Source: Candidatus Dormiibacterota bacterium (GTDB lineage: Bacteria; Chloroflexota; Dormibacteria; Aeolococcales; Aeolococcaceae). Taken from it: 64,000 bases of DNA. The stretch covers positions 32,001 to 96,000 of the forward strand of contig CAVPXI010000015.1 of the NCBI GenBank assembly GCA_963709585.1, given 5' to 3'. The notes beneath the pieces are model-generated. The model was not told where the DNA came from. It saw only the letters and a list, made by a program, of their open reading frames with translations, and did no database searches. The position numbers and the translations under genes were made by a program. Shown piece after piece: positions 1 to 8,932 of the stretch. Within the stretch, counting starts at the first letter, position 1; the number at the start of each line of letters is the position of its first letter.

Positions 1-1128
1 CACGCGAATCGCCCGCGCCTCGGGGCCGAGCACGATCTCCTGTGCGAGCTCGCTTCGCTCGGCGCCGTCGCCGCTCGCAAGGGTCGCGAGTGCGCTCGCG
101 ACCTCTATAGGCGTTGGATCGCGCCGCAGCACGTCGTCGTAGAGCCGTATGACGAAGCCGAGCGGTCTGGAGCCGGCATCCGCGTAGTACTCCTTGGAGG
201 CGAGCAGGTCGATCTGGATGGATGTGCCGTCTGCACCCGCAGCAAGCTGCGATGTGTAGGCGGCGAGTTCCCCTTGGGTGGGACGGCGTCCGTAGCCGCC
301 CGAGCATGCAGCCCCTCCCTCGGGTGGCCCACCGCCCAACTCAGTCGGGCCTGGGCCGACGATGAACGGAGGTGGGGTCGGCAGTGGTGGCGGCGCAGGC
401 GGTGGGATCGATCCCTTGGACGAGGATGAAGACGAGGTGGGGTGATTCGACGTTCCCGTTGCAGTTGGGCCCGACGTCGCGGGAGGGCCAGGGGAACCCG
501 TGCCTGTCGGTGTGGAAGCTGGGCTGCCAGTAGTCGTCGGCGTCGGATTCGGCGTGAAGGTTGGGGTTGGGGTCGGCGTTGGCGTTGGCGTTGGTGTGGG
601 CGTGGGCGTCGATGTGGGCGTCGGCGTCGGTGTGGGCGTGGGCGTCGGTGTGGGCGTCGGTGTGGGCGTCGGTGTGGGCGTAGGCGTCGGGGTCGGCGTG
701 GGTATCGACGTGACGGTGAACCCGCCGCCATCGGTTGCCGAGCTTCCCGTGACCGGACAGATCGCCGTGGTGTCATCGCAAAGCACAGCAGTCACGCTGA
801 TCGGACCCGGGTTCGCATCAGTCGGGACGATGCCGGAGACGATGCCCGAGCAACTGGTCGGAACGGCGGCCCCAGGGGGCATGGTCGTGGCGCCCGGATC
901 GACCCAGGTGGCGTCAATCTCGAGTGCGTCGGTGCTCGCGACCCCGCAGTCCGGTTGATCCCAGGTGTAGTCGTAGATGACCGCGGTGCCAGGAGGTCCC
1001 GAGCTCGCGCTGGCACCGTCGAGCGAGAGATTCGGTGACGTCTGCGCCGCCACCGCCCTCGCGGTTGCCGTCGGCACCACGAGTGCGCAGACCACGACCA
1101 AGATCGCGAGGCCCGCCCCCTTGCGCAT
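1..1128 (-). CDS. Secreted Pro-Thr-linker surface protein with DUF4214-like C-terminal region (3'-partial, runs off the window)
   Basis: Absent from the ORF track because no stop falls in the window. Manual translation from ATG 1128: signal peptide [18 protein letters not shown], Cys-containing N-domain, long (PT)n tract, then ...LLASKEYY...[16 protein letters not shown]..., which resembles DUF4214/S-layer-associated helices. Confidence 0.75.
   Translation of the reverse strand, partial: MRKGAGLAILVVVCALVVPTATARAVAAQTSPNLSLDGASASSGPPGTAVIYDYTWDQPDCGVASTDALEIDATWVDPGATTMPPGAAVPTSCSGIVSGIVPTDANPGPISVTAVLCDDTTAICPVTGSSATDGGGFTVTSIPTPTPTPTPTPTPTPTPTPTPTPTPTPTPTSTPTPTPTPTPTPTPTPTFTPNPTPTTTGSPASTPTGTGSPGPPATSGPTATGTSNHPTSSSSSSKGSIPPPAPPPLPTPPPFIVGPGPTELGGGPPEGGAACSGGYGRRPTQGELAAYTSQLAAGADGTSIQIDLLASKEYYADAGSRPLGFVIRLYDDVLRRDPTPIEVASALATLASGDGAERSELAQEIVLGPEARAIRV
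530..702 (-). repeat. Pro-Thr coding 6-bp microsatellite
   Basis: ggcgtc/ggtgtg/ggcgtt hexamer array, read as (PT)n on the minus strand. Confidence 0.9.
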
Positions 1129-1242
1129 GCGCCGAGTCTAATCGACGGCGCGGGGTCAGCTGGACGCGACCGAAGGGCCGTAGGGTGACTTCATCACTGA
1201 CGATCTGGGGCAGTTGAGCTCGCTCGTCCTCCCAGTGGCGAC

Positions 1243-1464
1243 CCCAATCGCGACGATCCCACCTAGTCTGACCGGCCGGCTATCGGCGCCAAGCCGATTT
1301 GAACTCTAATGCACGAGGTCTTCTGCCCAAAAACTAAAAAGTTCATGACAAAGGCGTGGTGATTTCGCTTCCAACGAAAGCCCTTGCACAGCAAGGCACA
1401 TTGCCTGATTCTAGGTTGATGGTCGGGGCGACTGGATTCGAACCAGCGACCCCCTGCTCCCAAA
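1243..1464. repeat. Diverged ~220-bp direct repeat, copy 2 (copy 1 at 8480-8702)
   Basis: Manual alignment: about 30 differences over 178 bp of flank, followed by the 45-bp tRNA core. Confidence 0.92.
1420..1464 (-). repeat. att-type copy of the tRNA-Pro 3' half (anticodon loop to CCA)
   Basis: 44/45 identity to 8658-8702. The single mismatch (1437) is at variable T-loop position 59. Confidence 0.95.
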
Positions 1465-1571
1465 ATAACAGGGGCAATGTGGATCTCAACTAGGCGATAT
1501 CGACCATTTTGCAAGGGATTTCGCGAGTGGGGTAAAGGGGCCCTGATCGTCCCCGTCCGCGTTCATCTGAG

Positions 1572-2133
1572 CTAGGAGAGCGCGAGCATCGCCGCCGCGA
1601 CCTCACCGGCGTCCGCATCGCGGATCGCCGTCGCGGCCCGTTCGAGCACCAGCAGCCGCGCGCCGGAGATCTCGCGTGCGAGCGCTTCGCCATTGCCGAC
1701 CGGGAAGAACGGGTCGCGGCGACCGTGCACCACCAATGCCGGGATCGCGAGTTCGGACAGCCGCTCGCGCCAGCGCGGGTTGCAGTCGAGCTTGGCGAAC
1801 ACCATGCCCAGCTGGTTGGCCATCTGCACCGCCGACGCCGATGCCCGCCAGGTGCGCCGGCAGGCCGTCGAGTTCGCGGGCGAGCGCTGCGGCATCGGCT
1901 GCAAGATCGCGCAACGTGTACGCGGGAGCCTCCGGATCGATCGTGGTTGACGCACCGGAATCGCGCAGGTCGTACCGTACGACGTGGCGCCCGCCGCGCG
2001 CGATCGCCTCGCAGAGCGCGTCGGGCCAGGACATCATTGTCGTGCCGCCCGCGAGCAGAACGAGCGGTGCCTCAGCATCACCGAAGAACTCGACCCCGAG
2101 CGTGACTCCGTCAGTCTTGACGGTCGTCATCAA
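1572..2133 (-). pseudogene. Alpha/beta hydrolase with out-of-frame internal deletion
   Basis: N-half (HVVRYDLRDSG...AHLAGIGVGG) in ORF 1603-2133. C-terminus (PALVVHGRRDPFFP...ARLLVLE) in ORF 1572-1955. The cap region appears missing at the junction near 1825. Confidence 0.8.
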
Positions 2134-2290
2134 GATTCCGCCGTCGAAATGACGCGGCCGGACGTGCGAAATGAGTGGATCATCGGGTACATGGTGAACC
2201 TCCAGTGGCGCAGGGACGGCGGCACAAGCTACGCGTCCCCGTCGGTCGTATAGGTCGCATCGAACGTCCGCGGCTGAGCTTGACTCTCAG

Positions 2291-2378
2291 AGATGGACGA
2301 CTGGCGGGGCAAAAACTTATCGAACCCCAGACCGCAACGGAACCATGAGCGGGCATTCGTCGACTGCCTCTGGGCGCG
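2291..2378 (+). promoter_or_regulatory. Candidate ZMP/ZTP (pfl)-like riboswitch
   Basis: GACTGGCG at 2299-2306 and GTCGACTGCC(TC)TGGGCG at 2359-2376, upstream of a folate gene. The middle part is atypical. Confidence 0.35.
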
Positions 2379-2407
2379 ATCGCCGCTGCCTGCGCGAAGA
2401 TCCGTCG

Positions 2408-3244
2408 ATGCCACACCGGGCGCTGACCTCAGCCGAGATCTCCTTACCCATGCACCCCGACACTGCACGTGTCACAGAGCGGATCGCACAGCTGGCGCGG
2501 GACGTCGAACTGGTCGTGCTCACCGACAATCACGCTGGGCAGCCCCGGATGTCGCCACTTGCGGCGGTGGCCCTGGCGAGAGAGCAGGGCGTCCGGACCG
2601 TGGTCCATATCTCGGCGCGGGATCGCAACCGACTAGCGCTCCAGAGCGAGGTGATTGGCGCTGCCGCCCTCGGCTGCGACGGAATCGTCTGCCTCCACGG
2701 CGACGACGTTCCCGGGATTGCCCGGGTCGGCGACATGACCGGGACGCAGCTGCTCGCTGCTGCCGGGGAATGGCTGGCCCCGCTGCCAATCGTACGGGGC
2801 TGCGTATTGAACCCGTTTGCCACCGACCCCGACAGAGAGCTGCGGCTGCTCCGACGCAAGCTTGAGTGCGGTGCAACCTTCGCTCATACCCAGATGTGTT
2901 TCAGCATCCCCGCTCTGATCGGGTTCTTGGATCGCGCTGGCGAGGCGGGGCTGCTGAAGCAATTGCGCGTTTACGTGACCGTAGGAGTCCTGCGGAGTCG
3001 CGCCATGGCTGATCGTGCCCGCTCCCTGCCTGGCTGCGACCTGCCTGACTCGGCCTATGCCCAGGTGTGCGCCGGGGGAGGACGCGAGTTGGCCCTTGAG
3101 ATGGCACAGCGCCTAGCCGATCTTCCGGTGGTGGACGCGCTTCATGTCATGCCCTTGGGCGACGAGCCCACCGCCGCCCAAGTGGCAGCCACCTTCCGCC
3201 GTGCCCGGCAGGTCGTCCCGAGGCATGGGGTCGCGGGCCCTTGA
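2408..3244 (+). CDS. metF: Methylenetetrahydrofolate reductase family protein
   Basis: Motifs AEISLP, VVLTDN, HISARDRNRLALQS, LHGDD, RKLECGATFAHTQ. Start uncertain (2345 or 2408). Confidence 0.85.
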   Translation: MPHRALTSAEISLPMHPDTARVTERIAQLARDVELVVLTDNHAGQPRMSPLAAVALAREQGVRTVVHISARDRNRLALQSEVIGAAALGCDGIVCLHGDDVPGIARVGDMTGTQLLAAAGEWLAPLPIVRGCVLNPFATDPDRELRLLRRKLECGATFAHTQMCFSIPALIGFLDRAGEAGLLKQLRVYVTVGVLRSRAMADRARSLPGCDLPDSAYAQVCAGGGRELALEMAQRLADLPVVDALHVMPLGDEPTAAQVAATFRRARQVVPRHGVAGP

Positions 3245-3479
3245 CTGGCCCCCATGCAAGCGAAGGGTCGACCCTCCGCTCAACGATCCGTGGCCGCACG
3301 TCCGCGCCCGATGAGCCGCCAGTGCCTGGACCGCGACCGGGGATGGGGACGTCCTTTAGGGACAGTCCGTTAGACGCTTAACACGGACTTTTTTGACCCG
3401 CCTAGCAGCCGCTGGCTCTCCGACACGACCCGCCCGAAACGCCTTTTGTGTCAACGATAATCCGGCGCTAGCTGGTCGA

Positions 3480-3524
3480 TGGTCGGGGCGACTGGACTCG
3501 AACCAGCGACCCCCTGCTCCCAAA
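3480..3524 (-). repeat. att-type copy of the tRNA-Pro 3' half
   Basis: 45/45 identity to 8658-8702. Identity ends at the first base of the anticodon loop. Confidence 0.95.
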
Positions 3525-3737
3525 CTACCGAAGGCTATTTCGATCTCCAGGGGGCGTCGAGGCAATTTTGCGAGCGAATTTGCCCTTCGCATGTTGACGG
3601 CTGAAATATGTTTGGGCCTAATGCAGGTCCCGCGCAGTGCGTCAGCCGCGGTCACTGAGCTTCCCCTCCCCGTCTGAGAACAGGACGCTCGGGTGACCGA
3701 GGGTGATGCCCTTCGGTGCGTGCTGGATATCTTCCCG

Positions 3738-4142
3738 TCATCGGACTATCGTTCGCCCAGGCGCCCGGGCATCTGGAGCGGCGATCTCCGAGCTGTTGCT
3801 CGCAGTGGGTACGACCATGGTTAGAAAGCAAATCAAGCGCGTCCGTTGAGTGCTGCCATTGCTGGCAATCGGCGTGGTGCTCGCCGATACGGAGGGGACG
3901 GTGACCGCCTCCACGCCCCCACGATTTGTGGTGAGTCCGCTCGTACGGCGATGCTTCCTGCCGCTGCGACGACGGACGGTCCCACTGTCGGGTAGTCGAA
4001 GAGCCACTGCCCGGCTCGCTCGCGGCGTGCAGCGCGCATTCAGGAGCGTCGACGCGGAGGGCTGGGAGCTACTCTGCCCTTGCGCCGTAAGTCGAAGCCC
4101 ATACCAGGAGACGACGACGATGATGATCACCACCGCGACCAC
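3738..4142 (-). CDS. Small hypothetical membrane-anchored protein (possibly degraded)
   Basis: Hydrophobic N-terminus VAVVIIIVVVSWYG. The remainder is not recognised. Confidence 0.3.
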   Translation of the reverse strand: MVAVVIIIVVVSWYGLRLTAQGQSSSQPSASTLLNARCTPRASRAVALRLPDSGTVRRRSGRKHRRTSGLTTNRGGVEAVTVPSVSASTTPIASNGSTQRTRLICFLTMVVPTASNSSEIAAPDARAPGRTIVR

Positions 4143-4393
4143 GTAGACAGCGACTTCCTTGACGCCGAACTCTCTTCTTTTCGATTCTCATGGCCCCCAT
4201 AGCCCGCCGTGAGCACCTCGGACCCCGGCCCAAACTCACCTACTTACCGCCGGCGGAAGAGGCGCTTGTTACCGGAGCCGCGACGGCGTATCTTTCAACA
4301 CCCCGGATCTGTGGTGATCTCTGACCAGAGGATCAGCTGAGTCAGCCACCGCGGTGACCGGAGAGCATCGGAACCCTGGGGAGGGTCTGAGCA

Positions 4394-7300
4394 ATGGGAA
4401 GGCGCTACCGCCGCCGGCACCTGGGCGGACGATGGACGGCCATTTTCCTCAGCGGTCTGCTGTGCTTCGTTGTGGCGGGTAGCCTGCCCGCTCAAGGGGC
4501 CGGTTCCGGAGTCAGCGTGACATCGTTCGGTGCTGCATCCGGCCCGGCGCTCTCGGTCTCGTCGTTTGGGGCGGCCAACAGCACGCTGAGCCTGACCCAG
4601 CAAGCAATCCCGATCACGGCCACCGCCACCGGCGATCTGCTCGTCGCGACCATCCGCACCCGCACCACCAGCGGCGCGCCGGCCACGGTCAGCACCGTCA
4701 CCGATTCGGCGAACAACAAGTGGCTCCCGGCGGTGCAGTTCCCCTCGGGCAGCCAGAATGATGAGGAGATCTGGTATGCGCCAGGGGCGGCTGGCCTCAG
4801 CACTTCGGGAGCCGTCACCGTCACGGTGAGCGCCAGCGCTGCGATCGCCGTCACCGTGCTGGACGTCGCCGGCACCTCCTCGGCGTCGCTCGACGTGATC
4901 GCCCACAACTCGGGGAGCAGCACCGGCGCTTCGACGGGAACCACGCCAACAACCGCGACCGCATACGAGCTCGCGGTTGCCGACATCGGCTGGAGCGCCG
5001 CGGTCACCACGAGTTCGCCGACCGCCGGATACGCCCCGACCGCCCTGGAGCAGTCCTCGGTGAGCGGCGACAAGGCAGGGGAGCAAGCGGCTTGGCAGGA
5101 GCTCGCCACCACCGGGACGGAGAGCTATGCGGTCACCCTGAGCGGTTCCTACGCCTGGACGGGAGCGATCGCGATCTTTGAGATCGGAGCGTCGGGCACC
5201 CCGAGCCCCACACCGAGCCCGACCCCGACGGCCACCCCGACCCCAAGCCCATCGACGACACCCAGCCCCACCCCCTCAGCGACGCCTCCGCACATCATGG
5301 TGATCGTGGAGGAGAACCAGGAGTACGGCAGCATCATCGGCAACACCAACGGCGCTCCGTACATCAACGGCCTGGCGAGCACCAACACCGTGGCCACCAA
5401 CTGGTACGGGGTCGAGCACAACAGTCCCACCGACTACATGGACCTTATCTCGGGGTCCGACCAGGGATACGCCGGGACGACGAAGAAGAGCCCGCCCTTT
5501 TCCGGCACGACCCTGGTGGACGAGCTGGATGCCGCCAGGATTCCCTGGCAGGCATACATGGAGACAATGCCCTCCGCCTGCTACACGGGAAATCCCACCT
5601 CGACCGGGCTCTACGTGCCCAAGCACAACCCCTTCCACTTTTTCAGCAATTACAAGAACTGGTGCGGAAACCTCACCGTCCAGGGAGTCGTGCCCTACCC
5701 TGGCGCCAGCTCGCTGGTCAGCGCTCTAGATAGCAGCAACCCACCCGACTTCACCTGGATCACGCCCAACGAGTGCGATGACATGGAGGGCGACACGGTG
5801 AGCGGCAGCCCGTGCGGAGGCGAAAGTACCGCGCAACTGATCACGGCTGGCGATACCTGGCTGAAGAATAACCTCGGGCCCATCCTCAGCTCCACATGGT
5901 TCCAGGACAACGGCGTCGTGATCCTCACCTGGGACGAGGGCACGAGCAGCGCCGGGTTGGCGGGGGCCAGCCCGCCAGATGACGGCGGCTGCACTGCGCC
6001 CCACGTGCCCGAGTGCGGAGGCCACATCGCCACCCTGGTGATCGCCTCCAAGTCCGCCGGGAGCTTCAGCGCCGGCGGAGACCACTTTGGGGCCCTGCGC
6101 GGAATCGAGGAAGCCTACGGGGTCGGCCTGCTGGGGCACTCGGGCGGCACGAACGATGGCGATCTAGAGCCCGCCTTCGGCCTGCAAACGCCGACGCCGA
6201 CCCCGAGCCCGACGCCAACGCCGACGCCAACGCCAACGCCGACCCCCACTCCTACGCCCACGCCGACGCCGACACCAACGCCAACGCCAACGCCAACGCC
6301 AACGCCTACCCCCACGCCAACCCCGACACCGACGCCGACGCCCACCCCGACGCCGACGCCCACCCCCACGCCAACCCCGACACCGACGCCGACGCCCACC
6401 CCGACGCCGACGCCCACCCCCACGCCAACCCCGACACCGACGCCGACGCCCACCCCCACGCCAACCCCGACACCGACGCCGAGCCCAACACCCACTCCCG
6501 GGTCCTCGGGCTCCTTCGGTGCAGGGGGCAGCGCGCTGGCGGCGACGCTATCGGCCAACGCCGGCATTCCCACCCATGGTGGCGACCTCCTGGTGGTCAC
6601 CATCAAGCTGCGCAACACCACCGCCTCACCGAGCGTGAGCAGCGTCTCCAACTCCACCAGCGGTCAGAACGTGTGGCAGCGAGCGTTGTCCGTCAAGAGC
6701 GGGACCCAGGCTGAGGAGGAGATCTGGTATGCCTCCAACACCCAGAGCGTCACCAGCGTCACTGTCACCGCGACTGCGAGCTCGGCGATCGCCTTTACCG
6801 TGCTCGACGTCAACGGCGTGTCGTCGCCCGATGCCACGGCGACGGGTTTCGGGAGCGGGACGGCGGCATCGACCGGGACGGCCCTCGCCACCGCGGCTCC
6901 GGAGGTGACGGTAGCCGCCATCGGCTGGAATGCCGGCGTCACGCCTAGTGGTCAGTCCCCCGGATACACTCTGACCGTTCCTGAGCAGTCGACGGCGAGC
7001 GGAAGCGCTACCGGCGAGCAGGCCGCGTACGAGGTGCTGACCGCCACCGGCCCACAGTCATATGCCGCGACCCTCAGCGGGTCGGTGGTGTGGACGGCAG
7101 GCCTGGTCACCTTCAAGGGAACCATCACCGCCCCGCCAACGCCAACGCCGACTCCGACGACCACCCCGACGTCCACCCCAACGCCCACGTCGTCACCATC
7201 GCCGACGCCCACGCCTGGCACCACGCCCATCAAGCACATCGTCGTTTTCTACCAAGAGAATCACAGCTTCGACAACGTGCTCGGCGCTCTCTGCGCCGCC

Positions 7301-8503
7301 AACACCCGGGCGACGCCTTGCGACGGAGCGACCAGCGGGCTGCTGCCGAACGGTACGGTTCAGCCGCTGGGCCAGGCAGCGGATGTGATCCCCGACGTCG
7401 ATCACAGCGTGGCCGGGCAGACGACCGCGATGGATGGCGGGAAGATGGATGGGTTCGCCAACATCGGCGGCTGCGGGGCGCCCAGCTACGCCTGCTACAC
7501 CGAGTTCGAGCCGAGCCAGATCCCGAACCTCGCCGCCTTGGCGACCACGTTCACGGTCTCCGACAGGACCTTCGAGTTTGGTGCGGTGCCCAGCTGGGGA
7601 GGTCACCTCACCCTGGTGGCGCAGACCCTTGACGGTTTCCTCGGCGACAATCCCTTCTACAACACCGCCGCGTCCCCCCCGCCTCAGGGGAATGGATGGG
7701 GGTGCGATTCCAACAACGACGAGTACTGGTCCGCGCCCGGGTCCTCCACCCTGGTCCCGGAACCAGCCTGCATCCCCGATCCCTCGCTCAACCCCATCCA
7801 GTACCCCTATGGCGGCGCCTACCGCTCAACCCCCGTGCAGCACGTGGACACGATCATGGACCGCCTCGACGCCGCTGGGCTGAGCTGGAAGCTGTACACG
7901 AGCCAGGGCGGCGTCTACACCTGGTCGATCTGCCCATCGTTTGCGGACTGCCTGGACACCAGCCAGGCCGCCAACATGGTGCCCCCCAGCCAGTTCATCA
8001 CCGACGCCCAGGCGGGGACCCTGCCCAGCTTTTCCGTCCTCCTTCCTCAGGGCGACTCCGGGTCAACCTCGCAGCACAACGGCACATCGATGTTGGAGGG
8101 CGACAACTGGATCGGCTCAGCGGTGAGCGCTGTGGAGAATGGTCCCGACTGGGCATCGACGGTGATCTTCATCACCTACGACGACTGCGGCTGCTTCTAC
8201 GATCACGTGGCGCCCCCACCCGGCCTGGGGATTCGGGTGCCGATGGTAATCGTCAGCCCCTACGCCAAGCCCGGCTACACCAACTCGAACATCGCCTCCT
8301 ACGCCTCCTTGCTCGCCTACACCGAGCACACCCTGGGGCTCGCGCCCCTGGGTGCCAACGATGCCGGCGCCTACGACTTCAGCAACGCGTTCGACTATCA
8401 GCAGACGCCGCTCAGCGGTGCGGCGATGATCCAGCGGCCCATCCCTCCGCAGGAGCAGGCGTACTTGGCCGCCCATCCGCCCAATCCCGACGATCCGACC
8501 TAG
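4394..8503 (+). CDS. Secreted 1369-aa tandem phosphoesterase (acid phosphatase-like plus phospholipase C-like domains) with Pro-Thr linkers
   Basis: Signal peptide. [26 protein letters not shown] mark domain 1. [43 protein letters not shown] mark domain 2. Two homologous Ser/Thr-rich beta modules (GDLLV...EEIWYA...GEQAA). Confidence 0.9.
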   Translation: MGRRYRRRHLGGRWTAIFLSGLLCFVVAGSLPAQGAGSGVSVTSFGAASGPALSVSSFGAANSTLSLTQQAIPITATATGDLLVATIRTRTTSGAPATVSTVTDSANNKWLPAVQFPSGSQNDEEIWYAPGAAGLSTSGAVTVTVSASAAIAVTVLDVAGTSSASLDVIAHNSGSSTGASTGTTPTTATAYELAVADIGWSAAVTTSSPTAGYAPTALEQSSVSGDKAGEQAAWQELATTGTESYAVTLSGSYAWTGAIAIFEIGASGTPSPTPSPTPTATPTPSPSTTPSPTPSATPPHIMVIVEENQEYGSIIGNTNGAPYINGLASTNTVATNWYGVEHNSPTDYMDLISGSDQGYAGTTKKSPPFSGTTLVDELDAARIPWQAYMETMPSACYTGNPTSTGLYVPKHNPFHFFSNYKNWCGNLTVQGVVPYPGASSLVSALDSSNPPDFTWITPNECDDMEGDTVSGSPCGGESTAQLITAGDTWLKNNLGPILSSTWFQDNGVVILTWDEGTSSAGLAGASPPDDGGCTAPHVPECGGHIATLVIASKSAGSFSAGGDHFGALRGIEEAYGVGLLGHSGGTNDGDLEPAFGLQTPTPTPSPTPTPTPTPTPTPTPTPTPTPTPTPTPTPTPTPTPTPTPTPTPTPTPTPTPTPTPTPTPTPTPTPTPTPTPTPTPTPTPTPTPTPTPTPTPSPTPTPGSSGSFGAGGSALAATLSANAGIPTHGGDLLVVTIKLRNTTASPSVSSVSNSTSGQNVWQRALSVKSGTQAEEEIWYASNTQSVTSVTVTATASSAIAFTVLDVNGVSSPDATATGFGSGTAASTGTALATAAPEVTVAAIGWNAGVTPSGQSPGYTLTVPEQSTASGSATGEQAAYEVLTATGPQSYAATLSGSVVWTAGLVTFKGTITAPPTPTPTPTTTPTSTPTPTSSPSPTPTPGTTPIKHIVVFYQENHSFDNVLGALCAANTRATPCDGATSGLLPNGTVQPLGQAADVIPDVDHSVAGQTTAMDGGKMDGFANIGGCGAPSYACYTEFEPSQIPNLAALATTFTVSDRTFEFGAVPSWGGHLTLVAQTLDGFLGDNPFYNTAASPPPQGNGWGCDSNNDEYWSAPGSSTLVPEPACIPDPSLNPIQYPYGGAYRSTPVQHVDTIMDRLDAAGLSWKLYTSQGGVYTWSICPSFADCLDTSQAANMVPPSQFITDAQAGTLPSFSVLLPQGDSGSTSQHNGTSMLEGDNWIGSAVSAVENGPDWASTVIFITYDDCGCFYDHVAPPPGLGIRVPMVIVSPYAKPGYTNSNIASYASLLAYTEHTLGLAPLGANDAGAYDFSNAFDYQQTPLSGAAMIQRPIPPQEQAYLAAHPPNPDDPT
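6188..6500 (+). repeat. (Pro-Thr) x ~50 linker with higher-order 36/54-bp units
   Basis: Hexamer array. The block acgcccacccccacgccaaccccgacaccgacgccg recurs four times near-identically from about 6302. Confidence 0.92.
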
Positions 8504-8702
8504 TCTGATCGGCCGGCTGTCGGCGCCAAGCCGATTTGAACACTTTTGCACGAGGTTTTTTGCCCCAAAAACTAAAAAGGTCACCACAAATGCGTGGTGG
8601 TTTCGTGTCCAACAAAAGTCCTTGCACACCAAGGACTTGTTCATGATTTCGGGTTGATGGTCGGGGCGACTGGACTCGAACCAGCGACCCCCTGCTCCCA
8701 AA
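8480..8702. repeat. Diverged ~220-bp direct repeat, copy 1
   Basis: Homologous to 1243-1464. Includes the last 7 codons and stop of the phosphoesterase, the AT-rich trailer and the tRNA 3' half. Confidence 0.92.
8612..8638 (-). terminator. Probable intrinsic terminator downstream of tRNA-Pro
   Basis: Perfect 9-bp stem AAGTCCTTG/CAAGGACTT (8616-8638) running into TTTTGTT on the minus strand. Confidence 0.6.
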
Positions 8703-8732
8703 GCAGGTGCGCTACCACTGCGCCACGCCCCG
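8658..8732 (-). tRNA. tRNA-Pro(TGG)
   Basis: CGGGGCG acceptor stem, TGGTAG D-loop, CCTGC-TTTGGGA-GCAGG anticodon arm, TTCGAGT T-loop, encoded CCA, 75 nt. Confidence 0.98.
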
Positions 8733-8932
8733 ACGCTTTCTGGTCTCAGTTACCGCATCTGCTTGGGTGATTGTGCGGTGGTGTCGCACTTTTCTCATGC
8801 GGCCGATGTGGCCAAAACCAGGCTCGAAAGGTAGCACGGGCTAGGGAGTTGTCTCCGAGAGAGAGGATCGTTCGACGCATTTGGCGCGGCTGTAACCGTG
8901 GATGACATGTTCCCGTTGACCGGGTAGCCGCC

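Larger units (their letters stand above)
1465..3479. mobile_element. Integrase-less unit B between two tRNA-Pro att copies (2060 bp including one core)
   Basis: Bounded by direct repeats 1420-1464 and 3480-3524. Contains only a broken hydrolase and MTHFR. Confidence 0.7.
3525..8657. mobile_element. Integrase-less unit A adjacent to tRNA-Pro (5178 bp including one core)
   Basis: Bounded by the tRNA 3' end and repeat 3480-3524. No recombinase-like ORF in any frame of the track. Confidence 0.7.

Noticed and set aside
1420-3524. Half-tRNA copies as extra or split tRNA genes
   Set aside because: They lack the 5' acceptor strand and D arm, no matching separate 5' halves were seen, and the boundary fits an integration crossover.
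500-6657. (Gly-Val)n ORFs 500-958 and 6115-6657 and related Arg-rich frames
   Set aside because: Antisense or alternative-frame readings of real (Pro-Thr)n linkers.
1263-8701. Three ORFs (1263-1514, 3356-3655, 8117-8701) sharing the peptide GAGGRWFESSRPDH as a repeated protein family
   Set aside because: The peptide is simply the translation of the tRNA-Pro 3' half, so these are shadow ORFs.
1420-8702. 45-bp repeats or PT repeats as a CRISPR array
   Set aside because: Spacing is kilobases or zero, the repeats are tRNA-derived or coding, and no cas genes are present.
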